64,000 bases of DNA from an uncultured Christensenellaceae bacterium (GCA_964391805.1 CAYMNK010000005.1:30701-94700); one strand, 5' to 3'; counted from the stretch's first letter, positions 52,401-54,107 are shown. Notes: generated by a model not told the origin, from the sequence alone. Program-made: numbers and translations.

Positions 52401-53826
52401 CGCCGAGTAATGGTACTAATAATTCATTCAAATCAAAGTTATACTTAAAACTCGGTAAGCCTAATGCCGATAAATCAATCAGCATTTCTTCGTTTCTTCC
52501 GTCGTAGGTCAACTTAATCCAAGCATCTGCGCCCGCACCGCCTAATACCATAACAACTTTGTTGTTAGAATTATCGGCAAGATCGAGAACCGCTTGAGCT
52601 CTAAGGTCTATACCGACTTCGCCTACGCCCAATTCAATCGCAGTGTTACCGAGATTACCTATACTGTCAACTTTAAGAAGTGATGCTATCAACGTACCCG
52701 CCAAGTCACCTACGGTAACGCTTTTGGCACTTCCGTTGGATATTTTAATCGTAGTATCTATATCGAGATTGGTAATAGAAAATTCTCTATAACTCGAAAA
52801 ATCAGGAAGGTTGAAATCGATACCTTGTAAATCGCTACCGATATATTTGGCACCTATGCCGAGTCCAAAGGCAAAAATATCCTCGCCGTACGAAATGTCG
52901 GTATCGACAGACTGAAATAATCCGTCTTTGGTTTTAATATCAAAGCCAAAGCCTATAGTTTCAAAGGAGTAAGAACAAATATCGGAGAAGGTCATTCCGC
53001 ACAATTCTAATAATACACTGTCGATATCGCCAACAACGCTCGTAACGATACTCCACAAGCCCTTGATTTTAGATAACAATCCGCTGATAAACGTATTGAT
53101 GTCGAAGTCGACGGAGAATGTCTTATATTCGACAGATACACCATTTTCGTTGGTAATATCGGTCACTATACGTGCATCACTGATAAGGTCCTTAAGAAGT
53201 TCGATGACGATAGCACCGACATCGATTTGAATTCCGATATCGACTTTGAGATCTTCGAGTTTGTCGCCCAAGTCACCGATAGAGCCTAACGAATCTTTTA
53301 GCGAATCTACAGCGGACATCAACTGAGCAAGACTTAACTCGCTGATATAGAAGGTTGCGCCTTTACCGTCGGCAATGTTGAAATAGAAAACCGAGTTTTC
53401 ATAATAAGCGCCGAAAAGCAAGGATTCGTCTTTTCTCCTAAACTCAAATGACAGAGTGGAGGCGGAATTTTTCGCCTCTTCAGTTTCACCTTTCAAATAA
53501 TAACGAAGTTTGAGTTCGAAATGATAATCTAACGACTTATCTCCGTTAGTAATATTCAATTCGTTACTTCTAAGGTCTACAACGAGATAATCCTCGTCGG
53601 AACTGTACCCCGAGTCAACAAGAAAATCTACCGCATCACCTAAAACTTTGAAGAAATTGGTAGTATCAAGAACGTCGACCTTACTTTCCGTCTTGTCTGT
53701 AATTTCGCCCGGTGAGGGAGGAACTATAGTTCCCGACTCCTGACAGGCGGTTAGAGTTAAGCATGCGACAATAACAAATACTATTGCCACAAGCATAACT
53801 GTAAACAAAAAGCGTTGTTTTTTCAT
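22462..53826 (-). CDS. Giant surface lipoprotein 2 (about 10,454 aa): lipobox, about 19-20 novel modules, Cys-rich CGC mini-domains, C-terminal Ig-like repeat array
   Basis: Uninterrupted 31,386-nt ORF (22462-53847). GGAGG sits 7 nt upstream of the second ATG (53826), so I place the start there. The N-terminus MKKQRFLFTVMLVAIVFVIVAC LTLTAC gives a lipoprotein signal. The internal repeat architecture is described under findings. The protein ends ...NEGYIVLKF with no TM segment or LPXTG motif. Confidence 0.95.
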   Translation of the reverse strand: MKKQRFLFTVMLVAIVFVIVACLTLTACQESGTIVPPSPGEITDKTESKVDVLDTTNFFKVLGDAVDFLVDSGYSSDEDYLVVDLRSNELNITNGDKSLDYHFELKLRYYLKGETEEAKNSASTLSFEFRRKDESLLFGAYYENSVFYFNIADGKGATFYISELSLAQLMSAVDSLKDSLGSIGDLGDKLEDLKVDIGIQIDVGAIVIELLKDLISDARIVTDITNENGVSVEYKTFSVDFDINTFISGLLSKIKGLWSIVTSVVGDIDSVLLELCGMTFSDICSYSFETIGFGFDIKTKDGLFQSVDTDISYGEDIFAFGLGIGAKYIGSDLQGIDFNLPDFSSYREFSITNLDIDTTIKISNGSAKSVTVGDLAGTLIASLLKVDSIGNLGNTAIELGVGEVGIDLRAQAVLDLADNSNNKVVMVLGGAGADAWIKLTYDGRNEEMLIDLSALGLPSFKYNFDLNELLVPLLGESLTAMLSSSASASEVESALIRLYGGENREQAIRNYFMSNSFNLAFAGETDVLGLIKNNIIPLVVEVLRALELDGETQSLSLTLDRTSLINILETVAGFMGDDGAVVKAIADAMSDKAYSDDSIAFRSIDLELGLITEPDVFGISCDIDIYLAEDTVVSLELPLVGLGFEPKFIDVEITDDLIDLNEMNEMSLNLSIDIDFDSGDIDYSDGGVSIDINDAIGSLRDYLAELACVLKFENRIKGGITLLLTGNVGFEGFSLADLIKGEELSVSISELELALKIVAKNDGSELLSVYYDDYADNASAIFINLDNLGIEGLDAPKIKYDLDLVSMINKSLNKSASAMASDALLTFENTAEASDLDTAQILNLIGSIVNKVAINEQLAIYLSSDVLDAILSVVMGADIRDMIELDSESNLHISTENGLEIGLDLFLATTDSHQGNLKLGVNIYDINIDAKYTDFPKINYAEYKDITAIEDISLSTELYVRYDLKSNTYDVSDFLTIADHFDLGEYATLLNDLFLNISIDGLNGSNVKGDILIKLSANISLSNGTDFAKIMSGMDAKIELINEGETLLTLYFDGIYLYVDATHGKVNGSEVSGYDIDSFKIKVGSLVCGCDCDACISRGACLVGDAVGCPDTCECSCNGTTSLATENGDVSVTDLILQNLGILNSVSVGNKGLAITLASNTLKRILNIVGVAVLDIDDFYTGVALDGIIPSIDLSIKDGLGLGLTLFIKDNNSDPDTTEGLSYVTLGLQNIALAFIKNEALIPEDVLSYDILDFDNLQEMSFALSGTIGLDIDKFASGTQGSTIENLIKDVLPELTFGMAVTEGDLHIALAYDIFANLDLSYLDFSDSDKTMELLKDMQLLLKVYTLDENSVRGDVALSVFYNGISDTVYATAPLFGIGEVKYRGLDIYSLIADSMTREASTSSASESTPYDKLVALKFNQDGIAVTLTGAMLMSILEQFGVDLSGIDIDKYFDAVSLGITTEGGIALDLGIAGASVKLSIGGLLAKTAYSDIEKIAFAEVSESEYVAISDETGALSMKEIYFALSIGFDINGTVDSSDGNGVNLSPVVSQILENVEVEDTIKTLFSQLAIYFDYDIDTRFVLNIELFANIYDLSEIALDITLSDGNGIVLDVFYDSNTDRIYVSLPSMAVKDFYVEIPYIREQIQGNIGDSIIKALSFLSGAKVSEASDSNDVYDIINGIIDSVEINGADGYLKVISTSNLLGVLTSLLSIEVLQNVVLPDVNANVSLGISAESGINVGIGVGILDGNDKVFALDLGLNGLAVAFSRPEKFVADESKYISWDTLNVGINSNVELSLVLDKEYADIVNKVISDNIPGSSLNIEVNSSTGKVHLDIGIELALNIRFNSLEDIGIELWLSLYASTNGVMDYAENNRLLSLYYDSLDRYSVENKPIEAIYLELGSGSGNAIRVDDLGIADYISDLIGDMLKPSTVMASEPMDNIIQAEIDNGILIEVTGGAIGVILDALEVGGVWSDINALFEGASVYINADRTGVAIALGGESVLSVELNDYGIFFPNDGETLESRPEYGSKIADLKNSAILLKDLEQTYFAFSMTVKAGKGDTFVDGELTAKEIASYNDLLRVLLTSDSNGEIYYGVDAEIAIAGLDLSELKLAMIGDSELLAQAVQKIINGMTLEVMLVVRDKNNTANYADGEPVIGIYYESNINDVIYVNIPSINLKIAVRDAFDLSELLMSIIKSNDSKSAVQEATDYISIIKLFDTLKLSPEGAVLSLSSQILSRVCVMAGIELTLPEIVSMVSIGVLNDLSMETAYGSTTVGTDIENGLGVHIELADNADFFLDVALGDLSLQFRQDLEVIYPSQGSGDYDKLTFFGQLGEYVSADAMHGHASFDAIIDFSIGATNDPNDTNAFDFSAILQEFVDTTFSIDIADMLKGKYVLSVDAAFNLAEGAETLYGLTFFIELFDYDNGETVLSLYYTRSGNSGILGIELTFLGLEPFMVDVDLGTLIGGVFDINNLSFAEDGDTYGKDDSMLGLLDTLKGSISVLLLDDDFKISVTGEILQAVLSFFGYDKYLPALIKGVTLKNNDYTDKLADGDYLATVDGIRYGNDFSVSSGVNSKKYTLSLKSEKIAKIELDGKELSDIEDYFHIDGQKLSVNKASASVKALSVGVHRFVVYYQDGGSTESAFEIVNTSFSFEKQNDYVEYVLNIGYKSIDRIAIYRSSALIAELTTTRAINEYFVIDRNRNTIAFNVSSNVVKALSVGAYNINVLYSDGNETSFVMTKSVTKVSIDAIELDGLDITSITLSGASNKVLVEDNTSTEWYGNYFAFNTEGGKLSLGYVDDRIEASVKVNDTTDLTISIGNLKLDASKYEVTSPKTYKENVEFLTVKTAIEFNAQAKEDVFIAITDLIGETLDKYIPSGTLPFDISELPIGLWLEDDVDAHYLLDLQINLRFDQYSNTPIDLGGSEIVIQIYKLSTISANEVMVEDLKLALSYIGSEGENGALYINIPYFDLLLKIDEAPWRTVINDAIGGSMTLSPETSRASEEDITFENILSLFTGLRITEDNVQIDFAEDLLSLICKLVGLDIDFSKLNCDRSYIKINNFIHGIEDTTVFKKESENDTVRSNLLEARLELLMNDGNKNALAKIIEGANALEVDESCSILKNEIIDKLIAFDPDRNSNDEFKVIASIVKSDEFICIDNAQKAQVIAMLDAFEVKDEYLDLIVYEPEVSFDQDLIYETPLGQYTTITEAKALYMSLSGSIGLSSDGSKINIGNLLQSNGGNSSFDNILNEIQGADTEIVFGEGEQKLDFNFEVNVGMGSDKLSQLVDGGSIQEVIFALVDDLYIYFELKQTTSSGSVAVAELYYQNSYIYLDLSNLGLPQVAMKLEVEELLKLIFGSSEVSLASESGLDYSSAFEILVHSKELVLRGSVAFIDLLLEKLGYSLLDADVELDMSFTLDNESDELIDIGITAIDNSSNKTVLSVELGKPIIKLGGFVSKLVTDATSYAFIEDIEYLSASLSLEIGYHLNSTSTDGVSDYVLTDIFSEVLGLSEVPFEVESSLTNRIILDLNLNLNIVDVNATELYLHMYSLDDDYLTVYYDGNGYLYLSAPVLDSSLNIRVDFEIKNIFDSLGITEVIEGIDIAELIYGLFKKDTNTLSSAGEIDDLTTSQIILLMISKLGIDSDGALSVFFNKHILSALGLEILNSEALIEELKEVSVSVDLFKRNISANVTLNSKTDGAEDPYLDLVMRDYNIRGTRQDISFDGSKYTTSDDYKHLYISSTGALDYSIPDGTYDFGGVIQSLIKNVSIPFELEGMQGTLYYTLDAKIGIVDYLDSELALEVYYKDAVYDIGSLLLSVYFDMDKGEAYIDLPWFEVPKIALTGIDASSLVQSLFGGLSLASDEPEWYGIVRLISNLVDRIVISDGEHTLPEGLNIVLNDELLGNLLDYFISKYKIELPFSLVDSDKALSYVGVSITNKQIVADIELENTLDGAVNKYGYLRIKAGIDAIKPSDKSIRPTRTQDVTSYVTLLDFQAPEMLVLETLYFEGSIDIDIDMLKSNINLEKVVQYLLNDKLTLNIVENIDMVISIDINANINLKNIGYSEILLSVLVKERIGEYNDGTPKYNEALLARAYLVGMDNSLYLDAPMIGLYDIKLDVDLSSLIDSISTVENYLESVSVSDGLDCGCKDSACIANGSCYDREGKKLCADGCECLDCKLPCGCTDSYCLEYAHISGDYENACGVMGIYCHDGEDCSCSCHNPLECGCINPGCVEAGSCIIGWKYVYQNKRNSDGTYVIIDGIIQQELTKVPVTRCGDDEDNCINNQNPCLCHKSVLECGCINPEHIDDYNCPLDKDECIFIKCTVHDTAEECFAHSDECIFAYTTDTHCDLSCREHWTGLITDMFDVFRLSKTQLQLVTTTHVLSSLFELLTNEKLNYEDSPAAGLTFTVNYLDRDYRTDVQRKALVDLLRAVSVLEGEELDAIIDELEAFDIDLGKSSELDTLITRFKALTVTDGAEANYDIALTNFEAFRDKGGYYEEAFFENLDASLEMWFYGGWSAETGDYIGDKSTVSLKVGSFKLDTGKFDIPFYRIDESTRRETTELKNISDYQLFSEVSKISFSVAIELIGELGESKDGEGLTVDFSSIIDEIIPGFDSIFKILTEPYGGKMAFTLVIDGSLDLNNFNASQILLSIYEGSKDALNNRIAMIFYDGLDSEGCSIFLDIPAFNISKVKYVGIDLSSLFFKEKLDCGCENVLCNANGSCYSDNGSRICGDGCCDCKPFDCGCECDECVSSGVCDGKCLSSCECNHHSVSSAGEHELVCGCNNDECVSRGSCVIGCTDCGYIKAPSSDNNCHRPLWNKDNALKCGCYDPICTSRGCCYDLCAYCTDSSCVSKYNATNKFASDTTYTVLEVLRAIVSIDISQERGIQLAISPSITAELLNYFGVDIDLDALENAGALKAGFIISTRSGLGINIEGTTDNDEFLTDPGLTITLSDIGLKLNTKDVREYLDKDVKETLSSYKSLTIDDNIVLSASATITNNSYEGYWNVSTLFTNLFGTTADLGIDFDDSEYIVQMNFLANISIDSIFGNGLDNIDINRILSENEILLEFVNVTDSSRSQLLISLYLSDGWAYIDFGILRDTPSIKLDIVDLLGEKRVSSASDSESQIKYDPKTNNPELADKGRMYFYTEEKDNEAFHVALKGKSIESIVIENLNINKSGTVRERIVLDTPEKISSYFDIVNNGSDLTSIILLNNANAVALNESAQGCYYNIIVTTEGGSVTIPAKVGSRKLLGFDNGEKIASTVLSFISFIGASEDTLSLNIGGDILMIVEELLGIDYALPEIEGVRMDMSLINSLTAINESEYNSGTTYGVDKFGKSNVCSDLVFDIKVSGVVNKAVFTSRDGKAVTIGLDELSKHVLVRSNSVVLIYKTVSELPNGLWKFELFDGAESVLATGYFNVSAYISPALSLAIENFSLDLAFDNYSVVLLKNDFIDSEHRFSLLKYSLSTYYVNDDSFRPSKTYDSNYNIDSDAYIDVVNGLDELYLSADIDINIDVSNNNISNLDDKYNTNGSVMNLGEDLSGLLGAVLLNLGMSSSEINGDYKLILRVHLDSLDFTTFSYRNIKVYLKLQKKCYGFTVEGVSTGIDGDYVDMLMAYFNGDELFINANPALVKFATCTQVSISIDEVSNYWNDNVSGAGDNMPSTVYDNYALAGEDFSVAGVLSLFKDITIGRGTIGIEVADNFVNTLLKMFTDFDYDISLGNLGLTLDYINGAINIDLEKETVFAPSLAYDANGTPIYNNAVDYASIRIDKDAKTVSLTANALKNLSIGNWTIYVNYLDGSVDVFNAVIAKNRTVTYIYNSSKVTESELYEQLTVSNISSITMDIDKVTLCDSSNEKSYFAFEVDSLGAKVSKKVLFSLSKQKFLVKFGEDSAYLDLTNYEPILIYKGITESIRYIGDYFYITPSGVSVGELTDIEIISDSKAIKIAMNEEGYNKQAFGISLSICNICLDFKLPEQFGNSGLYDASEEYRYISESVFTMIKGLPLDEYLRWSDLEYMLGASMDITLDYDTANIDPFSYFEHIEGDSVDLSGLAEAIKSAILLTTKVDTQITIDFYLKLNISSPYMSEGKIEISLGGYYREVGSTLVPIDQPVVIYFDGAGQKDLSKLYIDMSILGIDPFYVEADIVSLVKNYISNNINGGSFDSSDNDNRVNIDKDKLDCGCRCETCLTNGKCTSYGEHTCLEDCACTCCKLSCGCTDTNCIANGSCYDKTGLRICDGTDCGCSCAKLSCGCNDEECVKAGTCLTLSDDGEYRVIVRCREKGDCTCSCCMLSCGCRDEKCLENGSCIDKNGVLLCSETCGCSDKTIVPDAKEESTLDKVLGMTKYLGNLVSGVSVGNQGLLIAFNKNVMNNLFAMLAINTVFSDDVDIYIEARGYDDFENSYLKLVIDDCKEENRYTTEVKFYNLELKGYDSAYSRDYLYNSDKLSDKWTIYRDSVFRGLTLKMDNGSGFIEMTDDNVAYIGEHTLIGVFGNNSDEPIVTLNANTYFAPDIRPNNNQEHENWIDVTALQIKFETTIYLQANGGVNDEDVEIDFTNLLANSLYLNSGINSELSDLFNVIFDTKASDTDFYDIRLRIDLGMALDISDSHNTEVKLEISKEYQEGGKIYDYLLLGLYYINQTETVYLTLPMMDIEGLCVKNVDLSGILSGLTGIEWGDKLATASDVDKPDFYGLIVDSFGLDLSSVQNVIDMLANSATVSETAQLAISLGNGRIGLAVNMALIKLIINAADLDSTVGTILNSITDLATFDRVEVYADFGDKVLREGENLLNKLSIGVGMYLDKNDSGLFGENMGTNNFDWLGVELAVTNLNVKIGDGKTVVDGKLINEIEKTSLNSIYDALSKPISTFLEFPHATISGVEYGNGRFDNLSAFDNLNGYVDLLNMEEFHIDLGGEIVLDLAKDAYGYTNPLVDMLTDLLESSGLFADGAVTLIKNASSTITLGFVIVADIDFSDWKQTEIKVEVTYSRDGSEAKQLLGLYYWGANSNSKDDTTNTSGSFYIDLSGLGLFKTKIEGISLTMLLKEMLGVDVTGGTLDIGGDLLYSLLGTRDVTVFINKLIEEMNEPKETSEAGDDSKRLSCGCTNSTCLANGTCRNANGELTDVEHNCAEVINNAKLTVTLASYLKDSAKGSALSVDFNGNMLNKMFKVFGVDFTLPEETVIGVDLRMANGFDLLKVELTSYDVDEKGNKLMNGGEAVGSTVSLELNKFKLGYDAQNGLLEGIVYDSSNKEYSDYSGINIGGLIGFENNYDGILIADIIANILDALNSDIDLTIRSNSDYVDASGVSIVSGQDRDTLFKITRIGASDSDNATYIHGLKLDATDMLPDLVNDILRGIYWYQDELILDINFTIPLINYNIERAINIPISIHDLINKSGITGSHDPRTNVSDNKVSKASDSSDGMIKGLSITFGDGDVGALGRPSDAITGAGISNVRIDFNGAYMAKLFEDLPALIVDGLGSLVGITDYDTDNLKQNETLYAIYDMFINYLYDSINITDNSTRKLINELIEGIAGDLVFELVARLLPLPTITESSECFAVIVFDDTLVNGQLSAISKILFSIQTVATGEYWEVEIAMNGLKLAGIDTSDKSNITINVDSTHYLDKRIVTDVFELDYDKNGIVDYMENLPETATINKFASGTVPEGTEDTPLGNLNVSWADSIFRIDPSKGDTSYYIEGYVLNYVEYVEVYVPQSSARKVKYDENLSVNIDGEYYPTPMITASGFDYPVVLEAYEVENFIKNLPSVIYVTMTDGNGENEFIKTFDGREGMGSDIVKWNADELSKSYLGGTYKLYLTFGDGIVGNYQVIIPVTVNANTLNGIIFPDENGGYANGTSSLIFNPYQEIVLPSQVYATFGNSLPELYNIKWSISASDITPVYTGYTYRVDAEIGNLDIGYYTYKNITITIKSYVMTDWKLMNSDGSLSDLELEFDPYHFTDGAIMPDALNVNMYPRYLYVKYEGNTDYIAQRVEWNLSGIDNNYKGGISQAQFRITSDDDAERSRIEKAGYQTTDVTVSIIDATVSNYVIDGLATTIDPMRMLYVLRDKDGEIVDYIDYQFTNIIISHTGTIFNTAIASDLEKLALYKPELAVYDVINGKIVDPTDAYDADCYPDEVSVVYKNGTVATFKAEYNALGIFDGEGGVIWNTDGISLDYNGGTYTALLKVGNSYGGYQTIEVPIEIVSRKIASINLSAVRDSYVFDPYVYTDYALNEALYPTNGFNLYELITAPENKLGNVIFESQSAGYYPIVWDLSAISLSYTGGEYSAKAKIGSDVAGYQSVDFKVVIQPKVIKSLLIDELVFDPYDLSVDPLDKATYPDKLTVRFTDDTNFEFSNVSWDITALNEIWNVYGGTKKVTAKIGNALGGYQLIEVPVTIENRFITEFQLNAGNFLTFDPYGIDQSASALDPRLTDSYPTQVSVIFGGFLSGTEDDIAGTVNVTWDINSIVNDYSGYKSKTVHSDGSVDYYKEYTVTAAVGNSRIGYQYYDVTVRVLNREIERLIPAEITVDPFSTEDLTSTVTILFKDGQEGSMAVEWTDKDYDIFVLGRDVDNSDASIHARIGNNIGGYQVFPVKVNVMDKSITALYNGNDIVAGMVDGKLSTSGFTYEIDGVVYTRDSSYFEIDPLEQTIELVTVTSYLSNSAIERIYVRDVVSDTLTAYFAQDGTTRSLSASWLFDSIINVDYNGKDFYSGNNNGTTGAILEVGTPKVGYITLEYRTIVLNRKVSTNVTIVNGEAVTTPAIYTNYIDSADNEPLKYIVDDVFGQSSYPNVLYFGFAESSVSNESVLSKVVSWTKNGDTASITLGNSAYGYQTFTFKVYKVSRDVVYDSYITPDNEAEYNQLVDSIANKVKNVSFTAVAHYVGNSILVETDRNALGNYVDEIYSLVLSMRMDRRTVGGEGNIIKALALLRASSALGTALDSVINEVESLKDMSISIIYVDPYDIDMPESLNVTIGRAKVRAWNAETGSYLWDSSINDYVYIDVTRDLCRCDKCVGTVCSDSCDCWCVSRSYTMNADWSKSDINYLYSTAGITQEVRNVVVGNEAIGYYTVKAYVEVEGRKIVAVEKDEFEIDPYDYNALPSNIEVLFEDEAGNRLAGTLDIMANIANAQKVTQAMIDDINSVVYGHSEYLNNNTAFYQGGYYVLTARVGSRLGGYQEVQMLLKVADRTIARVEGETDSEGNWIENITPYGGLNGSTDTPLGIVSVVYVTGEKGTLNALWSYANIDYNYLGCDRQSYVLIGNTQGGYQTIPVTVKVESRVVSSIVPLNDSGNEFVYNPFDFGGVVPSYVDVYFNGNTDNALRLSVDKTDGFKLTEEYAIGSKELKALIRIGNDRSGYQWTECAIKVDDRILGIDSIVLDGEEHNGTTYSAVSAYSNPLTIDSEGRILLNGTLLQVKAYIADENGVNNSGKAVWLYAKLLSDLEYDYRGLDNIVVAKIAIGNDTAGFVSQDAYGNQFTMSIKVESEIISKVEGIRQSGALVNTFDLYEKYFAESSYNPHEMVVMDNEGIMATLSSGKTLDAKYGLSIKDYAFVDEFGNVVDYKGNSNARIILYIGSDKGGYQPVYLKDGNEFRTVCVENREIDLDAITGEFKSKFDPYSDKLPDVISYNGFDYSVTYICDGKPFDGSAISYYGGVFDLVAKIGSVRGGYQEYRYTLNVSQKLIASVDGLSGVVIDQFGTNNLPEGLINVTFTDGTTAVFEVKIISEYMQRDYKLGVVASGNNLVFTDSIISAYGKNGLFSCGGWDLSNVELDLDGGIYYAVLYVGNSYGKYQPVSIPVEVTKKTLDHKNTVQYVVSREGDLVETEPLDNIYTGFGEYFVLPNDLWLTFSDGTSFNTTVEWNTLTWTDSNGEHTLTDWSINDLYRNVDGNKVYGDYTLYANVFGCVLSVKIFVVEDRIVMSDSFNDYYSVRRGSSSPLPNEMYQTIFDAKSNTTVSSRVFTVEWENVPSLSIEDSYTLTACMFGQGITWTKDITLHVYSSSIASVSAITDGSVHVIGQGNKITALDMPTVEVIVKYGKYSLSKQISANWLPLTKTVGDVVTDISTNEANSFEITATDVGAKYTFKAVIIASNGEELTLNGQSITVDFVVIDSEDISTKIVLDTNATDDEGNEYILTYYGDGGISPVKLLSDDVKIISSIFYSNADKTDIVSENELPKEVGRYYYEVTVTYKNIVTEYIKTLSCTYIVQKADISSKIVISDTSVIYNGEAQGIKAYVSGRIADIEILYLIDGEWTVNTPKAVGDYQAKVKVVSANYDGEISTRFSIVKAVHYYLYDEKGERYGDTYYSGIGRFLSLPSVDLSVEANEYVSYAWFYIDTDGVKHPFKASDRITEDMCNTTEYDYLELNLYLAVIRLKIVNEKTLSIDKIITLSGNEGGEIIDVFTLITIDIYNSETETKVGQITYSDNKTMVNGEFEIGKYLDEYRLVVTMQIGHSLGIMTNGNEGYIVLKF
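24440..30700 (-). repeat. About 18 tandem Ig-like (beta-sandwich) repeats with the 'K(I/V)GNxxGGYQxxxVxVxV' signature
   Basis: Examples are ALLKVGNSYGGYQTIEVPIEIVSRKI (about 29270), AKIGSDVAGYQSVDFKVVIQPKVI, AKIGNALGGYQLIEVPVTIENRFI, IGNTQGGYQTIPVTVKVESRVV and VGNSYGKYQPVSIPVEVTKKTL (about 24480). The period is about 90-120 aa. Each unit opens with an (F/V)DP(Y/F) motif and contains W(D/N)...Y.GG.Y. Confidence 0.65.
26788..26844 (-). other. Cys cluster 6 (CRCDKCVGTVCSDSCDCWC), a degenerate variant inside the Ig-like region
   Basis: 8 Cys in 19 aa, read directly from the minus-strand translation. Confidence 0.6.
32458..32541 (-). other. Cys cluster 5 (CGCTNSTCLANGTCRNANGELTDVEHNC)
   Basis: One CGC-x4-C-x3-G-x-C unit, read from the minus-strand translation. 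Confidence 0.7.
34859..35296 (-). other. Cys cluster 4: four tandem CGC mini-domains (34 Cys in 146 aa)
   Basis: LDCGCRCETCLTNGKC...CKLSCGCTDTNCIANGSC...AKLSCGCNDEECVKAGTC...MLSCGCRDEKCLENGSC...CSETCGCSD. The Cys count is mine. Confidence 0.8.
39274..39708 (-). other. Cys cluster 3: four CGC mini-domains (31 Cys in 145 aa)
   Basis: LDCGCENVLCNANGSC...FDCGCECDECVSSGVC...LVCGCNNDECVSRGSC...LKCGCYDPICTSRGCC...CAYCTDSSC. Confidence 0.8.
40774..41403 (-). other. Cys cluster 2: composite Cys/His-rich region (about 210 aa)
   Basis: LDCGCKDSACIANGSC...LPCGCTDSYC...CHDGEDCSCSCHNPLECGCINPGCVEAGSC, then a Cys-free insert of about 30 aa, then ...RCGDDEDNCINNQNPCLCHKSVLECGCINPEHIDDYNC...THCDLSC. Confidence 0.8.
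50476..50565 (-). other. Cys cluster 1 (CGCDCDACISRGACLVGDAVGCPDTCECSC)
   Basis: 10 Cys in 30 aa. It lies about 30 residues after the closing motif TLLTLYFDGIYLYVDAT (50641-50700). Confidence 0.75.
53743..53826 (-). other. Lipoprotein signal peptide of giant 2
   Basis: MKKQR + FLFTVMLVAIVFVIV + AC (lipobox IVAC), or the second lipobox LTAC six residues later. The mature protein would start at one of these Cys residues. Confidence 0.7.
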
Positions 53827-53883
53827 AAAATGACCTCCATCCGACATAAGCCCGATGAGGCCATGACGGATAATAATATATTT

Positions 53884-53912
53884 ATTTTAAATATATAGGC
53901 AAGAAAAGTCAA
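53884..53912 (-). promoter_or_regulatory. Candidate sigma-A-type promoter for giant 2
   Basis: On the minus strand: TTGACT (53912-53907), 17-nt spacer, TAAAAT (53889-53884), about 55 nt upstream of the ATG at 53826. Confidence 0.5.
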
Positions 53913-54107
53913 TAAAGGTATTGTCTTTTAGCAGATAATTATACTATAAACAATATTTGCTAATATAAATTATTAAAAAATTAATAAAAAATAAATAAAA
54001 AGTGAGAAAATGCTATATTTGATTCGAGTAGATGTAAAAAACAAATCAATATTATCAAGATAACAGGGAAATTGAAGAAAAGAATCACTATAATTAGACC
54101 GAATTCG

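Larger units (their letters stand above)
31030..53742 (-). repeat. N-terminal array of about 19-20 diverged 330-480-aa modules of unknown fold
   Basis: A closing motif recurs: (L/V)x(L/V)YY(D)...(I/L)Y(L/I)D(L)...LG(L/I)...K...DLxxL(L/I). Examples are VAELYYQNSYIYLDLSNLGLPQVAMKLEVEELLKLIFG, YLTVYYDGNGYLYLSAPVLDSSLNIRVDFEIKNIFDSLG and VLSLYYTRSGNSGILGIELTFLGLEPFMVDVDLGTLIGGVF. An opening motif also recurs, of the type VLEVLRAIVSIDISQERGIQLAISPSITAELLNYFGVDIDLDAL. Confidence 0.7.

Noticed and set aside
23251-52507. Plus-strand and alternate-frame ORFs inside giant 2 (for example 33236-33763, 30712-31209, 32318-32782, 34757-35146, and the same-strand 39441-39695 and 40779-41000).
   Set aside because: The argument is the same as for giant 1. 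The ORFs over the Cys clusters simply reflect TGC/TGT codons read in other frames. No RBS or independent signal supports nested genes.
53827-53847. An upstream ATG extends giant 2 by 7 codons (MSDGGHF).
   Set aside because: The GGAGG that would serve as the RBS lies inside this extension, 7 nt before the second ATG. The lipoprotein signal starts properly at MKKQR. The start is more likely 53826.
3405-53847. The giant ORFs might be artefacts, either repeat-driven mis-assembly or read-through fusion of many genes.
   Set aside because: The repeats are highly diverged and I saw no long identical DNA repeats. Export signals occur only at the true N-termini and an anchor only at the C-terminus of giant 1. 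No internal RBS-plus-signal-peptide restarts are visible. Confirmation by long reads is still needed.
54037-54046. AAAAACAAAT matches the loose SpoIIID-box consensus (WWRRACARNY) in the region between giant 2 and spoIIID.
   Set aside because: The motif carries very little information and this DNA is about 75% A+T. A chance match is expected.
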